The notes below the pieces were generated by a model. It had not been told where the DNA came from, made no database searches, and saw only the letters and a list, made by a program, of their open reading frames with translations. DNA of 64,000 bases from an uncultured virus (IMG/VR IMGVR_UViG_3300009124_000008) (lineage: Duplodnaviria > Heunggongvirae > Uroviricota > Caudoviricetes). Positions within the stretch are counted from its first letter, which is position 1. The number at the start of each line of letters is the position of its first letter. Made by a program: the position numbers and the translations under genes. The DNA lies in the IMG/VR virus record IMGVR_UViG_3300009124_000008, one strand, 5' to 3'. Shown here piece by piece: positions 35,495 to 49,200 of this stretch.

Positions 35495-38400
35495 CGTCGC
35501 CAGAACAGATACCTTTGAGGTTCAAAGGCAAAAGATTAACCAGATTGGAGATATCCTATCGAACATTTCCGCTGGCGGAAGTGATCTCCAAACTGGTAAT
35601 TTGAAATTGGGTGATGGTACAAAAGAAGTTCCTTCTCTTTCTTTTATTAGTGATTCTACATTAGGTTTATACAAACCAGACAATTCACAGATTTCTTTTG
35701 TATCTGATGGTAAAGATTTAATCAGACTTGAAACGGAAGCATTTTATACGTTTCAAGATTTATATGTAAGAAAGAAAACATTAACGTCGGCTGGTTTTTC
35801 TATTACGAACGCTGGACAAAATTATGATGTTGGTAGTTTTAGTGATGTCAATGTAATTGGTGGTTCTGGATCTAATGGTTCTGTAAACTTAGTTGTAGAA
35901 GCTTTTGGTGGTAATATTACATCGGGGGGAACTAATTATTTAACAGGAACTTACAGTAGTATTCCATTAGTTTCGGATGGCAGTGGCAGCGGAGTAGCAG
36001 TAAATTTCGATACAGGAACCCCCACATTTGTAATTCAAAGTTCTGGTTCTGGATATACCGATGGTGTTTATAGCAGTATTAATGTAGTATCTAGTGGAAG
36101 TGGACAAGAACAACAACTTACCCTAGAATTTACGGGTGGACAGTTAACTTCTATTACTGTAGAAAATGAGGGTCTATACCATTTAGCAGGAGATACTTTT
36201 AGCGTTCCAAATTCTGAGTTACTTTATTTTGACGAAGATCTTCAGGAAGAAGTACAAAGTGGTGGATCTGGTGCCACTATTGCTATTAGTGGTAACCCAA
36301 ATATAATTGATGTAGCGTCAGTAGAATTTGTAACTAAAGGTGACGGACATGCTGTTGGAGATAACCTAACTACTCCAGGATCTCAAACCTTTACTGGAGA
36401 TCTTGGTGGTACTGTATCTGGAGTGTCTACTACTTTAGGAGCAGGAACAAGTATTACAGTTGCTTCTACTGCTGGTATTATTGCTGGTATGGATGTTCTT
36501 CAGGTATCTGGGGATGGTCAACTTGCCGATGATACAACTGTTGCTAGCGTCACAAATTCCACAACTCTAGTACTATCTGCTGCCCCAGCAGCCTCTGGTG
36601 CTGTTGTTTTAGATTTTTCTAGTCAATCTCTTAGTAGCATTGCTTTATCTGGAGATGTATCAACTATTATTTTAGGATCTTCTGTTAGTGGTGGTGGATA
36701 TACTGGAGAAGTTACTGGTGTCGATATTGACTTAAATGAAATTAGTATTGTACCAGATAGTACAACTGCAGCAAGTAATGTAACTTTTACAATTAATCCC
36801 CCATATGGCACGGGATCGGGATTTAATTTTTTAATTGATGCTGTTGGTGTTGTTACAAGTGCTTTAGTAAATAACGAAGGAAATGGATATGATGCTGGTG
36901 ATGTATTAGCAGTTAATGCTGCTGATCTAACAAATCCAATTTCAGTATTTGTATCCGTATTTGAGGGACAGCAAGTCACTGCTACAGGAAACGTTAATGT
37001 CTCTGTTGGTGATAACGTTAATACATATACGCCGCCAGATGCCGAAGCAGGAACTCCAGCAACATATGGTCCAGATCTAGAAGTTATCGAAGTTATTAGT
37101 GGTACTACTTTCATTGCTTCTAGTGAAGAGCAGTTAGGACAGGGAACTCAGTTTGCTGTCAATGCTGGAGGCACAGTATATACATCTAATGAATCTATCC
37201 CAGCAAATAGATATTACGCTGGGTTTGATGAAGAAAATCAAACTCTAACACCAACACTCCCTCTTTATATTGGAAGTAAATATCAGTTCCAGCAAACTGA
37301 TGGTTCATTTGGTACACATCCATTATCATTCTCTAGACATCCAGATGGATCTAGAAATCTAGTCTCTGGGGTAACAGCAGATTTGGATGTTGCTTCGACT
37401 ACAATTACTGTATCAGATCCTACTGGTATTCTTGTAGGCATGGTGGTATCCGTTACTGGTGGAGATGGCGGTGTTAATATTGGCACTACTGTTCAAGATG
37501 TTACGGGAAGTGTTGTTACGTTGTCAGAAGTTCCCACTACAAATGGTGTAGGGACAACTTTAAGTTTTAGTGGTGCTCCATTTACTGATGGTCTCACTTC
37601 GACTTCTGATGGATCGATCTTAGAAATTACAGAGTCAACTCCAGATCCTTTATATTACTACTGCCCTAATCATGACGGCATGGGAGGATCACACGATCCA
37701 GATCCAAATAATCCTAAAGTTTTTGGCGATGGGTTTGAACTAACTATTATTAGTGTTGCTATTGACGATACCATTTCTTTTGATGTAGGCACTGGAACAA
37801 TAAATTCTACCGACATTGCTTCTGAAACAGGTTCTATTAAAGACCTCACAGCAGAAACTAAAATAGACACTGCTCTTATTAATGCTACAGATGTAGTTGC
37901 TACTAATATCACAGCAACATCTGGTTCTAATTTGTCTTTAGCATCATCTGGCGATGTTAATGTCACTGCTGTTAATTTTAAAGTAAGTGACATTGTTTTA
38001 AATTCTGCTAATAATAGCATTACATCTACTGGAGATATTAAGACATCAACCGTATTGAATGTCAATGATGTTACTACTATTACAAACAACACCATTGCTA
38101 CCAATGCTACTAATGATTTAATTTTACAACCTGGATTTGGAAAGGTAGCTAAAGTAGATCAAGTCACTGCTTTGACTCTACCTGTTGGAGATACAAGTCA
38201 AAGACCACAAGTACAAGAAAGTGGGCAAATTAGATTTAATAACGAAACAAATCAGTATGAAGGATATAGTTCCTTAAATGGTTCTTGGTCTTCTCTTGGT
38301 GGTGTACGTGACCTGGATGGGGACACTACAATTCTTGCCGAATTAAATGTTGGTGATGATGACGATACTTTATGGTTCAGAAATGATGGTAACTACACAT

Positions 38401-39710
38401 TAAAATTAGATAGAAATTTCTTAGATTTTAATACTGTCAAAGACATTAAATCCACAAAGCAAGGTATTCCTGAATTTACTAAATGGATTGCTAATGCTCC
38501 ATTAACTGCTGGATCATATGTCAAAGAAGGTTTAAACTTATATGAAGTAATTGTAGGTGGTGTATCTGCTGGTCCTGGATCTCCTCCAGGAAATACTACT
38601 GGGGACCAATTCACAAATGGTTCCGCTACTTTACAATGGTACTCTCTTGCCGTTGCCCCACTAGTAATTGCTGAAGTCGAAGAATTTAGAATTGGTCCAA
38701 CAGAACCAATTCCATTGGTTGTTAATGGCGATTTGAGATTTGCTGGAAATAAAATTTCTACTGATGTTAATGATCTATTAATTCAACCAAACGGATTACA
38801 GAAAGTTAAGATTGAATCTGTTACATCGCTTGTATTGCCTGTTGGAGACTCAAACTCCAAAGGAAATCCAGAACAAGGATCTGTAAGATACAATACTACA
38901 GATTCCCAATTTGAAGGATTTAATGGTAGTCAATGGGGAGGTCTTGGTGGTGTTAAAGATATTGACCAAGATACTCTCATCCAAGCAGAAACTGCTCCTG
39001 GGGCTGATGAAGATACTTTATACTTTAAAAATGCCAATAATGAAACGTTAAGACTTAACGATCAAAAATTAGTATTCAATTACATTGATACTTTAGAGTC
39101 TGAAACTAGCAATGCTTTCAATTTTGTTGCTGATACTATTACGTTTGGATCACAAGACACAACATTATTGAACACTTCAACTACCGAAACTTTCTTATTC
39201 TCCTCAAAAAATAATTTTGATATTGGTCTTTCATCTGGTCTAAACACAGATACATTAATCAGACTAACAAATACTGGCAAGATTTTCTTCAACACCTCAT
39301 TTGGACTTGGAAATTATCAAGCAATTGAAATCTTAAATGAAGACCTATCTAAACTAGAACTATCTCATATTAAGACTCACACAACCAAAATCACACTTGT
39401 CAAAGGAACTTCAGATATCAGTTCTGTTATATTGTATGATCCTGCCGTTGCTGAGTGTGCTCAAGTAGAACTTGTTGCTCACAATCAAGCAAGTGGAGAC
39501 AAAGAGTTTATCCAATTTACTGTTATTGATGATGGTACGGATATATACCGTACAGAGATTGGTAATGTAAAAACTGATCAAGAAATTGTTGGGACCACAT
39601 TTGATTTTGATTCTTCAAGTAAAGTTCGTGTTACCTATACCTTAGATTCTGGATTGATTAATGGTAACAATGTTGATATCACTGTAGTAACTACCGTAAT
39701 CAAGAGGTAA
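35481..39710 (+). CDS. large virion structural/fibre protein
   Basis: TDTFEVQRQKIN N-terminus, beta-rich repeats, cupredoxin-like motif; ATAAATA at 35420. Confidence 0.8.
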   Translation: MPAINVARTDTFEVQRQKINQIGDILSNISAGGSDLQTGNLKLGDGTKEVPSLSFISDSTLGLYKPDNSQISFVSDGKDLIRLETEAFYTFQDLYVRKKTLTSAGFSITNAGQNYDVGSFSDVNVIGGSGSNGSVNLVVEAFGGNITSGGTNYLTGTYSSIPLVSDGSGSGVAVNFDTGTPTFVIQSSGSGYTDGVYSSINVVSSGSGQEQQLTLEFTGGQLTSITVENEGLYHLAGDTFSVPNSELLYFDEDLQEEVQSGGSGATIAISGNPNIIDVASVEFVTKGDGHAVGDNLTTPGSQTFTGDLGGTVSGVSTTLGAGTSITVASTAGIIAGMDVLQVSGDGQLADDTTVASVTNSTTLVLSAAPAASGAVVLDFSSQSLSSIALSGDVSTIILGSSVSGGGYTGEVTGVDIDLNEISIVPDSTTAASNVTFTINPPYGTGSGFNFLIDAVGVVTSALVNNEGNGYDAGDVLAVNAADLTNPISVFVSVFEGQQVTATGNVNVSVGDNVNTYTPPDAEAGTPATYGPDLEVIEVISGTTFIASSEEQLGQGTQFAVNAGGTVYTSNESIPANRYYAGFDEENQTLTPTLPLYIGSKYQFQQTDGSFGTHPLSFSRHPDGSRNLVSGVTADLDVASTTITVSDPTGILVGMVVSVTGGDGGVNIGTTVQDVTGSVVTLSEVPTTNGVGTTLSFSGAPFTDGLTSTSDGSILEITESTPDPLYYYCPNHDGMGGSHDPDPNNPKVFGDGFELTIISVAIDDTISFDVGTGTINSTDIASETGSIKDLTAETKIDTALINATDVVATNITATSGSNLSLASSGDVNVTAVNFKVSDIVLNSANNSITSTGDIKTSTVLNVNDVTTITNNTIATNATNDLILQPGFGKVAKVDQVTALTLPVGDTSQRPQVQESGQIRFNNETNQYEGYSSLNGSWSSLGGVRDLDGDTTILAELNVGDDDDTLWFRNDGNYTLKLDRNFLDFNTVKDIKSTKQGIPEFTKWIANAPLTAGSYVKEGLNLYEVIVGGVSAGPGSPPGNTTGDQFTNGSATLQWYSLAVAPLVIAEVEEFRIGPTEPIPLVVNGDLRFAGNKISTDVNDLLIQPNGLQKVKIESVTSLVLPVGDSNSKGNPEQGSVRYNTTDSQFEGFNGSQWGGLGGVKDIDQDTLIQAETAPGADEDTLYFKNANNETLRLNDQKLVFNYIDTLESETSNAFNFVADTITFGSQDTTLLNTSTTETFLFSSKNNFDIGLSSGLNTDTLIRLTNTGKIFFNTSFGLGNYQAIEILNEDLSKLELSHIKTHTTKITLVKGTSDISSVILYDPAVAECAQVELVAHNQASGDKEFIQFTVIDDGTDIYRTEIGNVKTDQEIVGTTFDFDSSSKVRVTYTLDSGLINGNNVDITVVTTVIKR

Positions 39711-39719
39711 TAAAAACCA

Positions 39720-40229
39720 ATGGCAGGCAACTTAAACACACTAGATTCTGTTGGTGGATTTTCAGTATCTAACAAAGTAATTGTAAACCACACATATGAT
39801 GCTAAAAATCTAAACACTCTAGAAGTAAGAAACAATTTTTATGATGATTCTTTTGCTCAGCATTATATTCTAAGAGGAACTAACACATCAACATTATCTG
39901 TTGATAACGTAAATGGTATTATTCCAATCCCTTCAAATACCATGAATTTTGTCGAGGCAGTCGTTGTTGCTGTCAATGATGACAATACTGCTAGTATTAC
40001 TCAAAAGTTAGAAAGTGCTTTACAAGTAAATGGTACTGGTGTAGTAACAGAGTTGTCTACAATGACAACTATTATTAAAGATAGTATTCCAGAAGGTCAA
40101 ACTTGGGAAATCGATGTCTTTACTGGTGGTGGAGCAAATAAGTTTAGTTATTCTACCACAAGGATTGGTACAACTAAAACTGTCAAGTGGTGTGTATACG
40201 TTAAAGTAGTGAGTATCGACTGGACTTGA
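39720..40229 (+). CDS. virion structural protein
   Basis: LDSVGGFSV N-terminus; beta-rich; synteny. Confidence 0.75.
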   Translation: MAGNLNTLDSVGGFSVSNKVIVNHTYDAKNLNTLEVRNNFYDDSFAQHYILRGTNTSTLSVDNVNGIIPIPSNTMNFVEAVVVAVNDDNTASITQKLESALQVNGTGVVTELSTMTTIIKDSIPEGQTWEIDVFTGGGANKFSYSTTRIGTTKTVKWCVYVKVVSIDWT

Positions 40230-40274
40230 TGCTAAATAGATAAGAGAATAAATCATCAGCGGGCTGGATAGAAG

Positions 40275-43200
40275 ATGAGCTTTAAGTTTAATTCTGACAG
40301 GGAACAATTAAGAGCAATTGCTCCTCAGATTATCGGAGATGAAGTAGTTTCTTACAGGTCTGGCACAGGAGCTGATGAGAAAGAGGTAATGAGGACCCTA
40401 TTGGATCCTGATACAAAACTTCCTCGTGTTGGTATTAATAGAACTGGTAGTAGAATTGACAGATATGTAATAACAAATCAAGGTTCTGGGTACACTCAGT
40501 TACCTACTGTCACAGTTGCTCCACCCCCAGCTGGTCCTAATGCTCGTCAGGCATTTGCTTCTGCTTCTGTATCTGCTGAAGGTAGAGTTGTTGGTATTCT
40601 AATTGACGACCCTGGTGATGGTTATACTTCCGCCCCTGCTGTAAGTATCACTGGTGGTAACGGATCTGGTGCTGCTGCTGATGCTTTTCTTGACACTGTT
40701 GATTTTGAACTTGATATTAACGGTGCTATCAGAACATCTACTTCTATCATTTCTGATACGGCACGAATTTTAAACCTGGATATCGACAACCTCGTTACTC
40801 CAGACGCTCAATACAGAGCACCAAACTTAAAAACATTTATTAACAATACAGGAACACAATGGGTTCCAGATAAATTTTATCAAGAAAACGCTTTTGTAGT
40901 TCGTGGTGGTAACGTATACCAAGCAGTTTCTACTGGATATTCATCTGCCAATCCCTTAGATCCTCCTCTACATATTGATGGTACTGAAGTTAACGGCAAT
41001 CCTGTTGATGACCTAGCGAGACCTGGAGTTCTTTTTAAACACATCGGTTTCCGTGTAGCTGACCAAAACGAAGTATATTATAATCAAACTGGCGAGGCAG
41101 GTGTCTATCCAAGATCTATCACTCCTTTACTTGGTGATAAGTCTGATAAAATTGCTACCACAGAATACGTCCTCAACCTAGCAACGAATGACGTTGGTGG
41201 TCGTATCTACGTTTCACAACAAATTGGTAACGACGAAAATGATGGTCGTTCTGCTGTTAATCCAGTCAGGACAATTAAAAAAGCATGTCAGTTAGCATGG
41301 CAGACTCCTGGTGTTAAAGAGTCTATTATTATTTCTGGTGGAGACTACACTGAAGATAACCCAATTTCAATTCCACCAGATGCTTCTATTGTTGGTGATA
41401 ACCTTCGTCTAGTTATTATTCGTCCTGCCAACCCAAGAAAGCACATCTTCAAGTTTGGTGATAAGAACTACGTTATTGGTGTTACTTATCGTGACCAGGA
41501 AGGTGCTGATACCTTTACCTGGGACTTTGCTATGGTCTTTGACGACAAGCAAAGAATCACATATGATTCTACAGTAAATGGTGATTACGGAACATCTTGG
41601 CCAGTAGGTACACAAGTATTTGGCGATGATGCTTTTAGAGCAACTTTCCAGGATAACGGAGCTTTGTCAAGTCTTGTCTCTGGTCTTGAGATGAGAGGTG
41701 TTAATGGTGGTCTTATTAGATCTACCAGGGTAGAATTTACAACCACTACAGGACCGTCTGCCTATATTACAGGTGTGTTTGATTATGTGAACGTATCTGG
41801 TGGTATTACTTCTGGTGAAACATTAAGTTTTGGTGGACCTAATACTGTTAGATTTGCTCCAAATACGGCATACACAATAGGTCAACTTATTTGGACTAGC
41901 GATCACACATACAATGTTACGGTTGCTGGTACTTCTGGAGAAAATAGTCCAACACATGACCAAGGAGCTGCTAACAATGGTGATGGAACTCTAGAGTTTA
42001 CATTCGTTAGAGATACTTACACTGTAGTTACTACGGATATCATTTCAATCAGACCTGAAGGTGAGGTCGTATTTGAAAATGTTCCAAATGATGCTGATCC
42101 TCCACTACCTATTTACAGAATTGACTTCTCTCAGCAAGGTCAAGCAGATATTGCTACTGGAGGTTATCAAGATCCTGGAATCCAAGAAGATCTAGGTGGC
42201 ATTATTTTATACACCAATGCTCTCCAAGGTGCTGAAAACATTCACGATTTTAAAGAAGGAGAAGAGATCTTTATCTCTGGTCTTTCCACATCTGGTCCTG
42301 ATCTATCAAGTCTTAATGGCATTTCGAGAATCTACAAAGTTATTGAAGATCCTGATGGTAGATCTAGACGTTTTGTTATTCCCAAAAAGTTACCATCTCT
42401 AACCGACAATAACTACGATCCTGGTCAGTTTGCTGCTGTAAGGAGTGTTGCTAAGTCAGTTACACTAACTCTACTCAACTCACCATTTAAATTTAATGAA
42501 GCAACACCTGTTGCTAGACGATATCAAGACGCTTGTTTACAAATTAAAAACAACGCTGACTTTATTGCCGATGAAGTTGTAGGTAAGATTAATGATGAAT
42601 TTAAGAAAGAATATTTCTCCATCTACGACATCGGTGGTACTGCTGCTCAGCAGTTTACCCCATCTAATGTAACTTATGATCCTGCTACTGGTTATGCTAC
42701 ATTCACCGTCAATGGTCACGGACTGACCGCTGGTGATGGCGTAAGTATTGCCGATGGATCAATTACATTTACTTGTGCCATGGATGGCAACAAGACTGAA
42801 CATTACTACCCAGAGTCTCACAATTACTCTAGTGGAAAAGCACTTCCTGTAGAGAATCCAACAGCAAACACATTTGATCTCTATGTAGGTGTATCTGGTC
42901 CAGATCAACAATTCACCCCAACTGGCGCTTCATATAATCCTGCTACAGGCGATTTAACGATTAACCTCAATACCACTCACGGTCTTTCTGTGGGCGAAGG
43001 TATTACAATTGATGATAATTCTTTGTCATTCACATGTGACATGGATAACAATCAATCAACTAAAACCTATCCACGTCCAGGTATTGACCCATATGCTGGT
43101 AGAGCAGTCAAGATTACTGCTATACCATCTACTACAGAAATCACTGTTAACGTAGGTGCTTCTAGAGCTAATCAACTTTTCACCCCAACTGCTGCCACTT

Positions 43201-46200
43201 ACGAACCTGTAACTGGCAACTTGACAATGACTATTGGTCAGCACGGTATTGGTGTTGGCAGAAATATTGTTCTTGAAGATGAATCGTTTACGTTTACTTG
43301 TGCCCTAGATGGCAACCAAACAGAACACACATATCCACGTCCTGGTGTTGATCCATATTCAGGTGGCAAATCTATTGAAGTTACAGCAGTAGGATTTACT
43401 CAACACACTGTAACTGATGCTCCTTATGATCCTGCTACAGGAGATGTAACTCTAACGGTTCCTAACCACGGATTTACCAACGGAGATTATATTAAACTAA
43501 GTGATGGTTCTTTAACCTATACATGTGACTTAGATGGTAATACTGTTCAAAAATCATATCCACGTGCTGGATATGATTATCCATCTGGTCGTTGGTTACA
43601 AATCACTAACGTATCTACTAATACATTTGATATTAATATTGGTTCTGCTGATTATACTGGCACCCATACGTTTGTATCTGCCGCTGTAAACGGATTAGAA
43701 AGACAAGATGGAACTCTCACAATTAATGTAGGAACTTCTTCTGATACTTCACAACATACATTTGTTCCTGGAACTGAGAACACGAATGCTGTTAAGTATC
43801 TACCACAGTCTACCCACACATTTGTTGGTACTACCGCTAATTCTATTAAACACCTACCACAGTCTGCCCATACATTTGTAAGATCAGAACCTAATTCACT
43901 ATTAGTTGGTGGAGACCAATTTAAGATTTATCTTGGAACGTCTAGATTTGTCCACACATATGTTAGCGGTGGTACGATAACCTTTGGTGGATCTTCATAC
44001 AACATTACCAATTTCGAATACGATAACTTCATTACTGGTACTGCTACAATCACTATTGATACATCAATTCCAGGGGTATCAGAAGACAACATTGTAAAAC
44101 TTGCTGATATCTTGGTTGAATGTGTCATTGATGGTGTAACAACTCAAAAGACTTATCCAAGTTTTAACATTCCTGTAAGTGACAATAAGTGCCGTAGAGA
44201 CATCAAGCACTTCCTCAACGCTTTGACTCAAGACCTTGAGTTTGGAAGTAATAATAATATTCTTGATGCCGCTAAGAGATATATTGATGGTACTAATACT
44301 GAAATTACATACGTAGAGAACGAAATTATTCAAACAGTTCGTGCTATTGAGTATGCTAGAGAACTAGCAATCTACGCTATGAGAAAGTGGAGAACTGGCA
44401 ATGGTATGGCTGGCGATCCAATTTACACCCCAGTATATTCTACTGTAGCAAGATACTTTGATAATACTATTATTGATGACGGCAATTCACCTGCTTGTGA
44501 TAACGTAAGATCTGCTATCGATACTTTATCGTATCTCTTTGTTGATGTACTTGCTAATAATGCTTCTGGAACATATCTAGATGCTGCTTATCTAATTGCT
44601 AGAAATAGAGATCACATTGCTGACGAAGCATATAATGCTGCTATTGTTCAATATCCAAATCTAGGTTTAGTTAATATTGATGAGCGTAAATGCCGTAGAG
44701 ATATTGGATTTATTTTACGTGCTCTCATTAGAGACTTAATCTTAGGCGGCAATGCTGGTATGCTCCAGGCTGCCGAGTCGTACTATACGGGCACAACACT
44801 AACTGGTATTCCAGCTTCTGAACTAGGTGCTACAATCTTTGCTTTCAATAAGGTGAGAGACCTTTCTATTGAAGCAATGAGAAATTGGGTAGATTCTTCT
44901 GGCAATGCTAGTAGTGCTGCTCTATACACACCAATTCCAAGATTTACTGATTCATCAATTCTTGCTGATCCTGCTGGAAATCCACTATGTGCTGCTGTCG
45001 AGTCTTCTATTACCACAGAATTCCAACTATTAGAAGATATCTTAGATGGAACTATTGCTAAAGGTGCCACCGAAGAAACCACAGGAACTCTATTCGATAC
45101 TGTTGGACTCTATACATATGCCGATAGCGTAATTAAAGACTCTGTTGGTAATTATATTACCGTAAAAGCAACTTACGATGATCTACCAATCATTGAAGCA
45201 TCTCCATATACCCAAAACTCTTCTATCATCTCCAAGTTAGGTGGTGGTGGTGCTCTGATTGATGGTTCTAAAGTTAAGCAACCTAACTGTCCTTTCCCTG
45301 GACTAACACTAGATGGAGAAGCTCAATTCCCCAACCAAGGTAAGTCGATGGTTGCCGCGGCATTCACGGTTGTATCCGAAGGTGGTATTGGATACAAGAT
45401 TATTGAAGATGGTTATGTACAGTTAGTTTCGGTCTTCTGTATTTTCTGTGCTGATGGTATTCTTGCTGAGTCTGGTGGTTACGCTTCGGTTACCAACTCT
45501 GCTTCTAACTTTGGTATTTTCGCTCTGAGATCTACTGGTTTCAGAAGAGAAGCATATGAGTTTGACGTTGCTACAATCAGTAATGTTTCTTCTACTCCAA
45601 CTGGAAGAACTATTCTTTCTATCAGTGGAATTGGAAGAGAACCTCTTGAGCACTACGTTGTCAAGATTGATGGTTATGAGAATGTCAATCCAGATATTGA
45701 ATACTTTGTTGACGTTGTAGAAGGAGTAACAGTTGGTCCTCCTTTCTCTGCTCAAATCACTCTTGAGTCTGGTTCTGGTGGTCCAGCAGAATTTAAAGAA
45801 ATTTCTACGGGCAATGTAGTATCACTATCATCTCTGGTTGGAGAAACTGTCAGACTACACAGACCATCAATTGTTAACTCTTCTTCCCACACTTGGGAAT
45901 ACGCTGGTTCTGGTACTAACTATAATGCTCTACCTGAAAACGGTGGTGTTAAGATTGAGGCAAACGAGCAAGTCTCCGAGAACTATGGTAGAACATACGT
46001 CTCTGGTACTGACGAACTAGGTGACTTCAAGGTTGGTACATTTGCTAGAATCGAGAACAGAACTGGTAACATTACCTTCACGGGTACGGTTACTATCTCA
46101 GAAGTTGAATTCTTGAAACTGAAAGGCGGTGACGTTGTTGTTACTGGTTTTGATAATAGCAACACACTGGGCGGTGCTAACGCCACCGATTCCAAACTAC

Positions 46201-49200
46201 CAACTCAGAAGGCAGTTAAGGACTTTATCACAAATAACCTCGGTCCTTTCATCAACAAACCATATTCTACGAACCCAGTTCCTAGAGCACTGGTTGAACT
46301 TACCGACTCTGGTAAGATCTCCGAAGATCAAATTCCACCTCTACGTCCTTTCCAGGTTTATACTGTTGCCGATCAGGCAGAACGTCTAGCAATTGAAGGA
46401 GCACTTGCTGGTGACATTGCTATTCAAGAAGGGGATCCTGATGCTCTCCCAGAGCCAATTGATCCAAGCACATATATTCTCAACAACGATAACGATAGTC
46501 TATTCCTAGGATTCCCTGTAGATACCACACTACAATTTACTATTGGTGATGTTTTCACTGGCAATATTTCTGGTGGCAAAGTTCAAGCAACCGAATATAG
46601 ACAAGGTGTTGTCTATCAGTTGAATATTACAGATGGCGGTTCTGGTTATATTACACCTCCTCTTGTTACTGTAACTGGTGGTAACCCACAATCAGGTGCT
46701 ATTACCGCGGCAGTAACAACTGAGATTGCTAATGGTCAAGTTGTTATCATGAACATTGAGTTGTTCAATGGATACAAGGGTGGTAAAGGATATACAACTC
46801 CACCAACTATCACTATTGCTGCCCCATCTGGTTCTGGTACACAAGCTACTGCTACTGCTCTTATTGAAAGTAGACTCTATGGAGATATTGTTAATAACGT
46901 TAAGATTGTTGATACAGATACTATTGAATCTAGTGATCTTCCAGCAGAAACAATCAATCTCACTAGAGTAATTAATACTTCTGGTCAAGATGATGCTAAC
47001 TGGGTATCTCTATCTTCCGAAAGTATTTCTGCCAACCAGATTACTTCAGGCGTTATTTCTACAGCACGTCTGGCATCCAATGCTTCTGGCGAAGAAAGTG
47101 CTGCTAACTCGTTTACCTTCCTAAGAGGTGACCAGTCTTATCAACCTGCTGTACAGACAATCAAAGGTCCAGAGACCAGATATTTCGCTAAACTAAAATC
47201 ACAAGCAAATAGTGGTGCTTCACAGTTAGTCTTTGATTCCAATTCAAACTTCATTAAGGGTCACGAAGTTGTACAGATTACTGGTATTCAAGCAGACACC
47301 AATATTGATGGTGTACTAACTGAGGCTGGCGAAACTACCGTTACTCTAGATAAGTTCCTTACAGCAACTCTTGCTGCTAATACAGTTCTAGAATTCAATA
47401 GAGGTTCTTCTCCTCTAACCTTTGAGTCATCACAGACTCAAGGTGAATTTGTTGAGCAGATTGTTATTCAGAACGGTGGATCTGGATTTGATGCTGGTCC
47501 ATTCTTTAACGTTCCTCTATCTGGTGGCAATGGATCAGGTTTGAGAGTTAACATCATTACAACTGGTGGTGTTGTTACTGATGTCACCATTGTTAATGGT
47601 GGTGAAGGATATGGTCAAAACACTTCTCAGCAAAATGTTGACTTTATTGTATCGTCTGCTCCTACCGAAATTGGACCTGGAACAGGTTTAGTCTTACTGG
47701 CAAAAGTAACCACAGTTCTAAGACAGTACGCTAACGTTGCTGTTGACATTAACAGAGTTACTGATCTAACAACTTCTGGCGATCTATATGGTACTCTTGG
47801 TGTTGCTAGATTTAAGAAATCTCAGTTCGAAATTGGTCAATCTGGCAATGGTTCTGTTGATATTAAAACTGGTCCAGATAGTGGACTTGATGCTGATACC
47901 CTTGACGGTGCCCAAGGTTCTTTCTATCTAAACTCCAGTAACCAAAGTGCTGGTACTCTACCTGTTGATAGACTGTCTGGTACATATAACATCAACATTT
48001 CCAACCAGTCTGGTAGTACCCTCAGACTAAGAACTTCTACTACTACACCAACAAGTAATCCATCTCCAGATGAGTTTTCTGCTGGTGTCATTGCTGATAC
48101 CAAGAATAATAATGCTGATAACCTATTTGATGGTGGAACCAGACACATGGTTCTTACTTTCAGAAATGGCGGTACTGACTTTGATGCTACATTTGGTGGT
48201 GTAAGACAACTTGCTATTACTGATGGTACTACCGACAATGGCGGTAACCTATGGCTTCGTGGTTCTTACAACAGTCCAGCAAATCAATTTGGCGATTGGC
48301 ATAAGATTTGGAGTTCTGGAAATGATGGTACTCTTAGCGGACTAGATGCCGATAAGATGGATGGGCGTCAAGGCACATGGTATCAAACTGCTACCCATAT
48401 TAATTATGGCATCTTTAGTAACAATAGACTACCAAAACTACAGTCAGAAAAAGATATTCTAAAAACATTTAGAGTTCTTGATTGGTCTGGTACTCCAAGA
48501 TATAACGTCCTAGTTCGTGACGAACTTCTTAACTCTGCTCCATTCCAAGTTGGTACACCACTCAATCTATATGATAACGGTGGTAATGGTGTTGGTGAAC
48601 TTACTCTAACAAAAGTTGATCCTGTACAGGATACCAACGATTCTGCCAATAACTATACATTGTTGACTGGTAGTCTGACTTCTGGAGATTTCATTGATGC
48701 TCAAGGAAATCAAGTTGCTTTCTTTATTGGTACTGGTGGTGTTGCTAATGCTTTCGAATTCCAAGACTACAGTGTTTCTTACATCGACCAAAATGCTGAT
48801 GGAAGGGCGGATGGTACATACGAAGTAATTGAAGCTATAAGTGACGGCGGTAAAGCTGTTCTTAAGATGGGTAGAGTTGATGGTCAGGCATCTACTGCTC
48901 CTTCTATTTTCTTCAGATCATCACAACAAGCAGCACCAAATTATAATACAGCGATCATTGCTAGTGGTGGTGATACTAGTGATGGTAGTGGTGCTCTAGA
49001 GTTTAAGACAGGAACTGCTAATTCACTAACAGTAAATGGCAATATTATTTGGAACGCTGCCAACGTTTCTGTTTCTGTTGCCAACCTAGGTTCTACTTAC
49101 TCAGGAACTAATAACGCCGACTTTGATGGTAATAATCCTGATGACAACGTAACATCGAGAAACGTTGTCATGAGAGATCTTAATGGCGACTTTGATGCTG

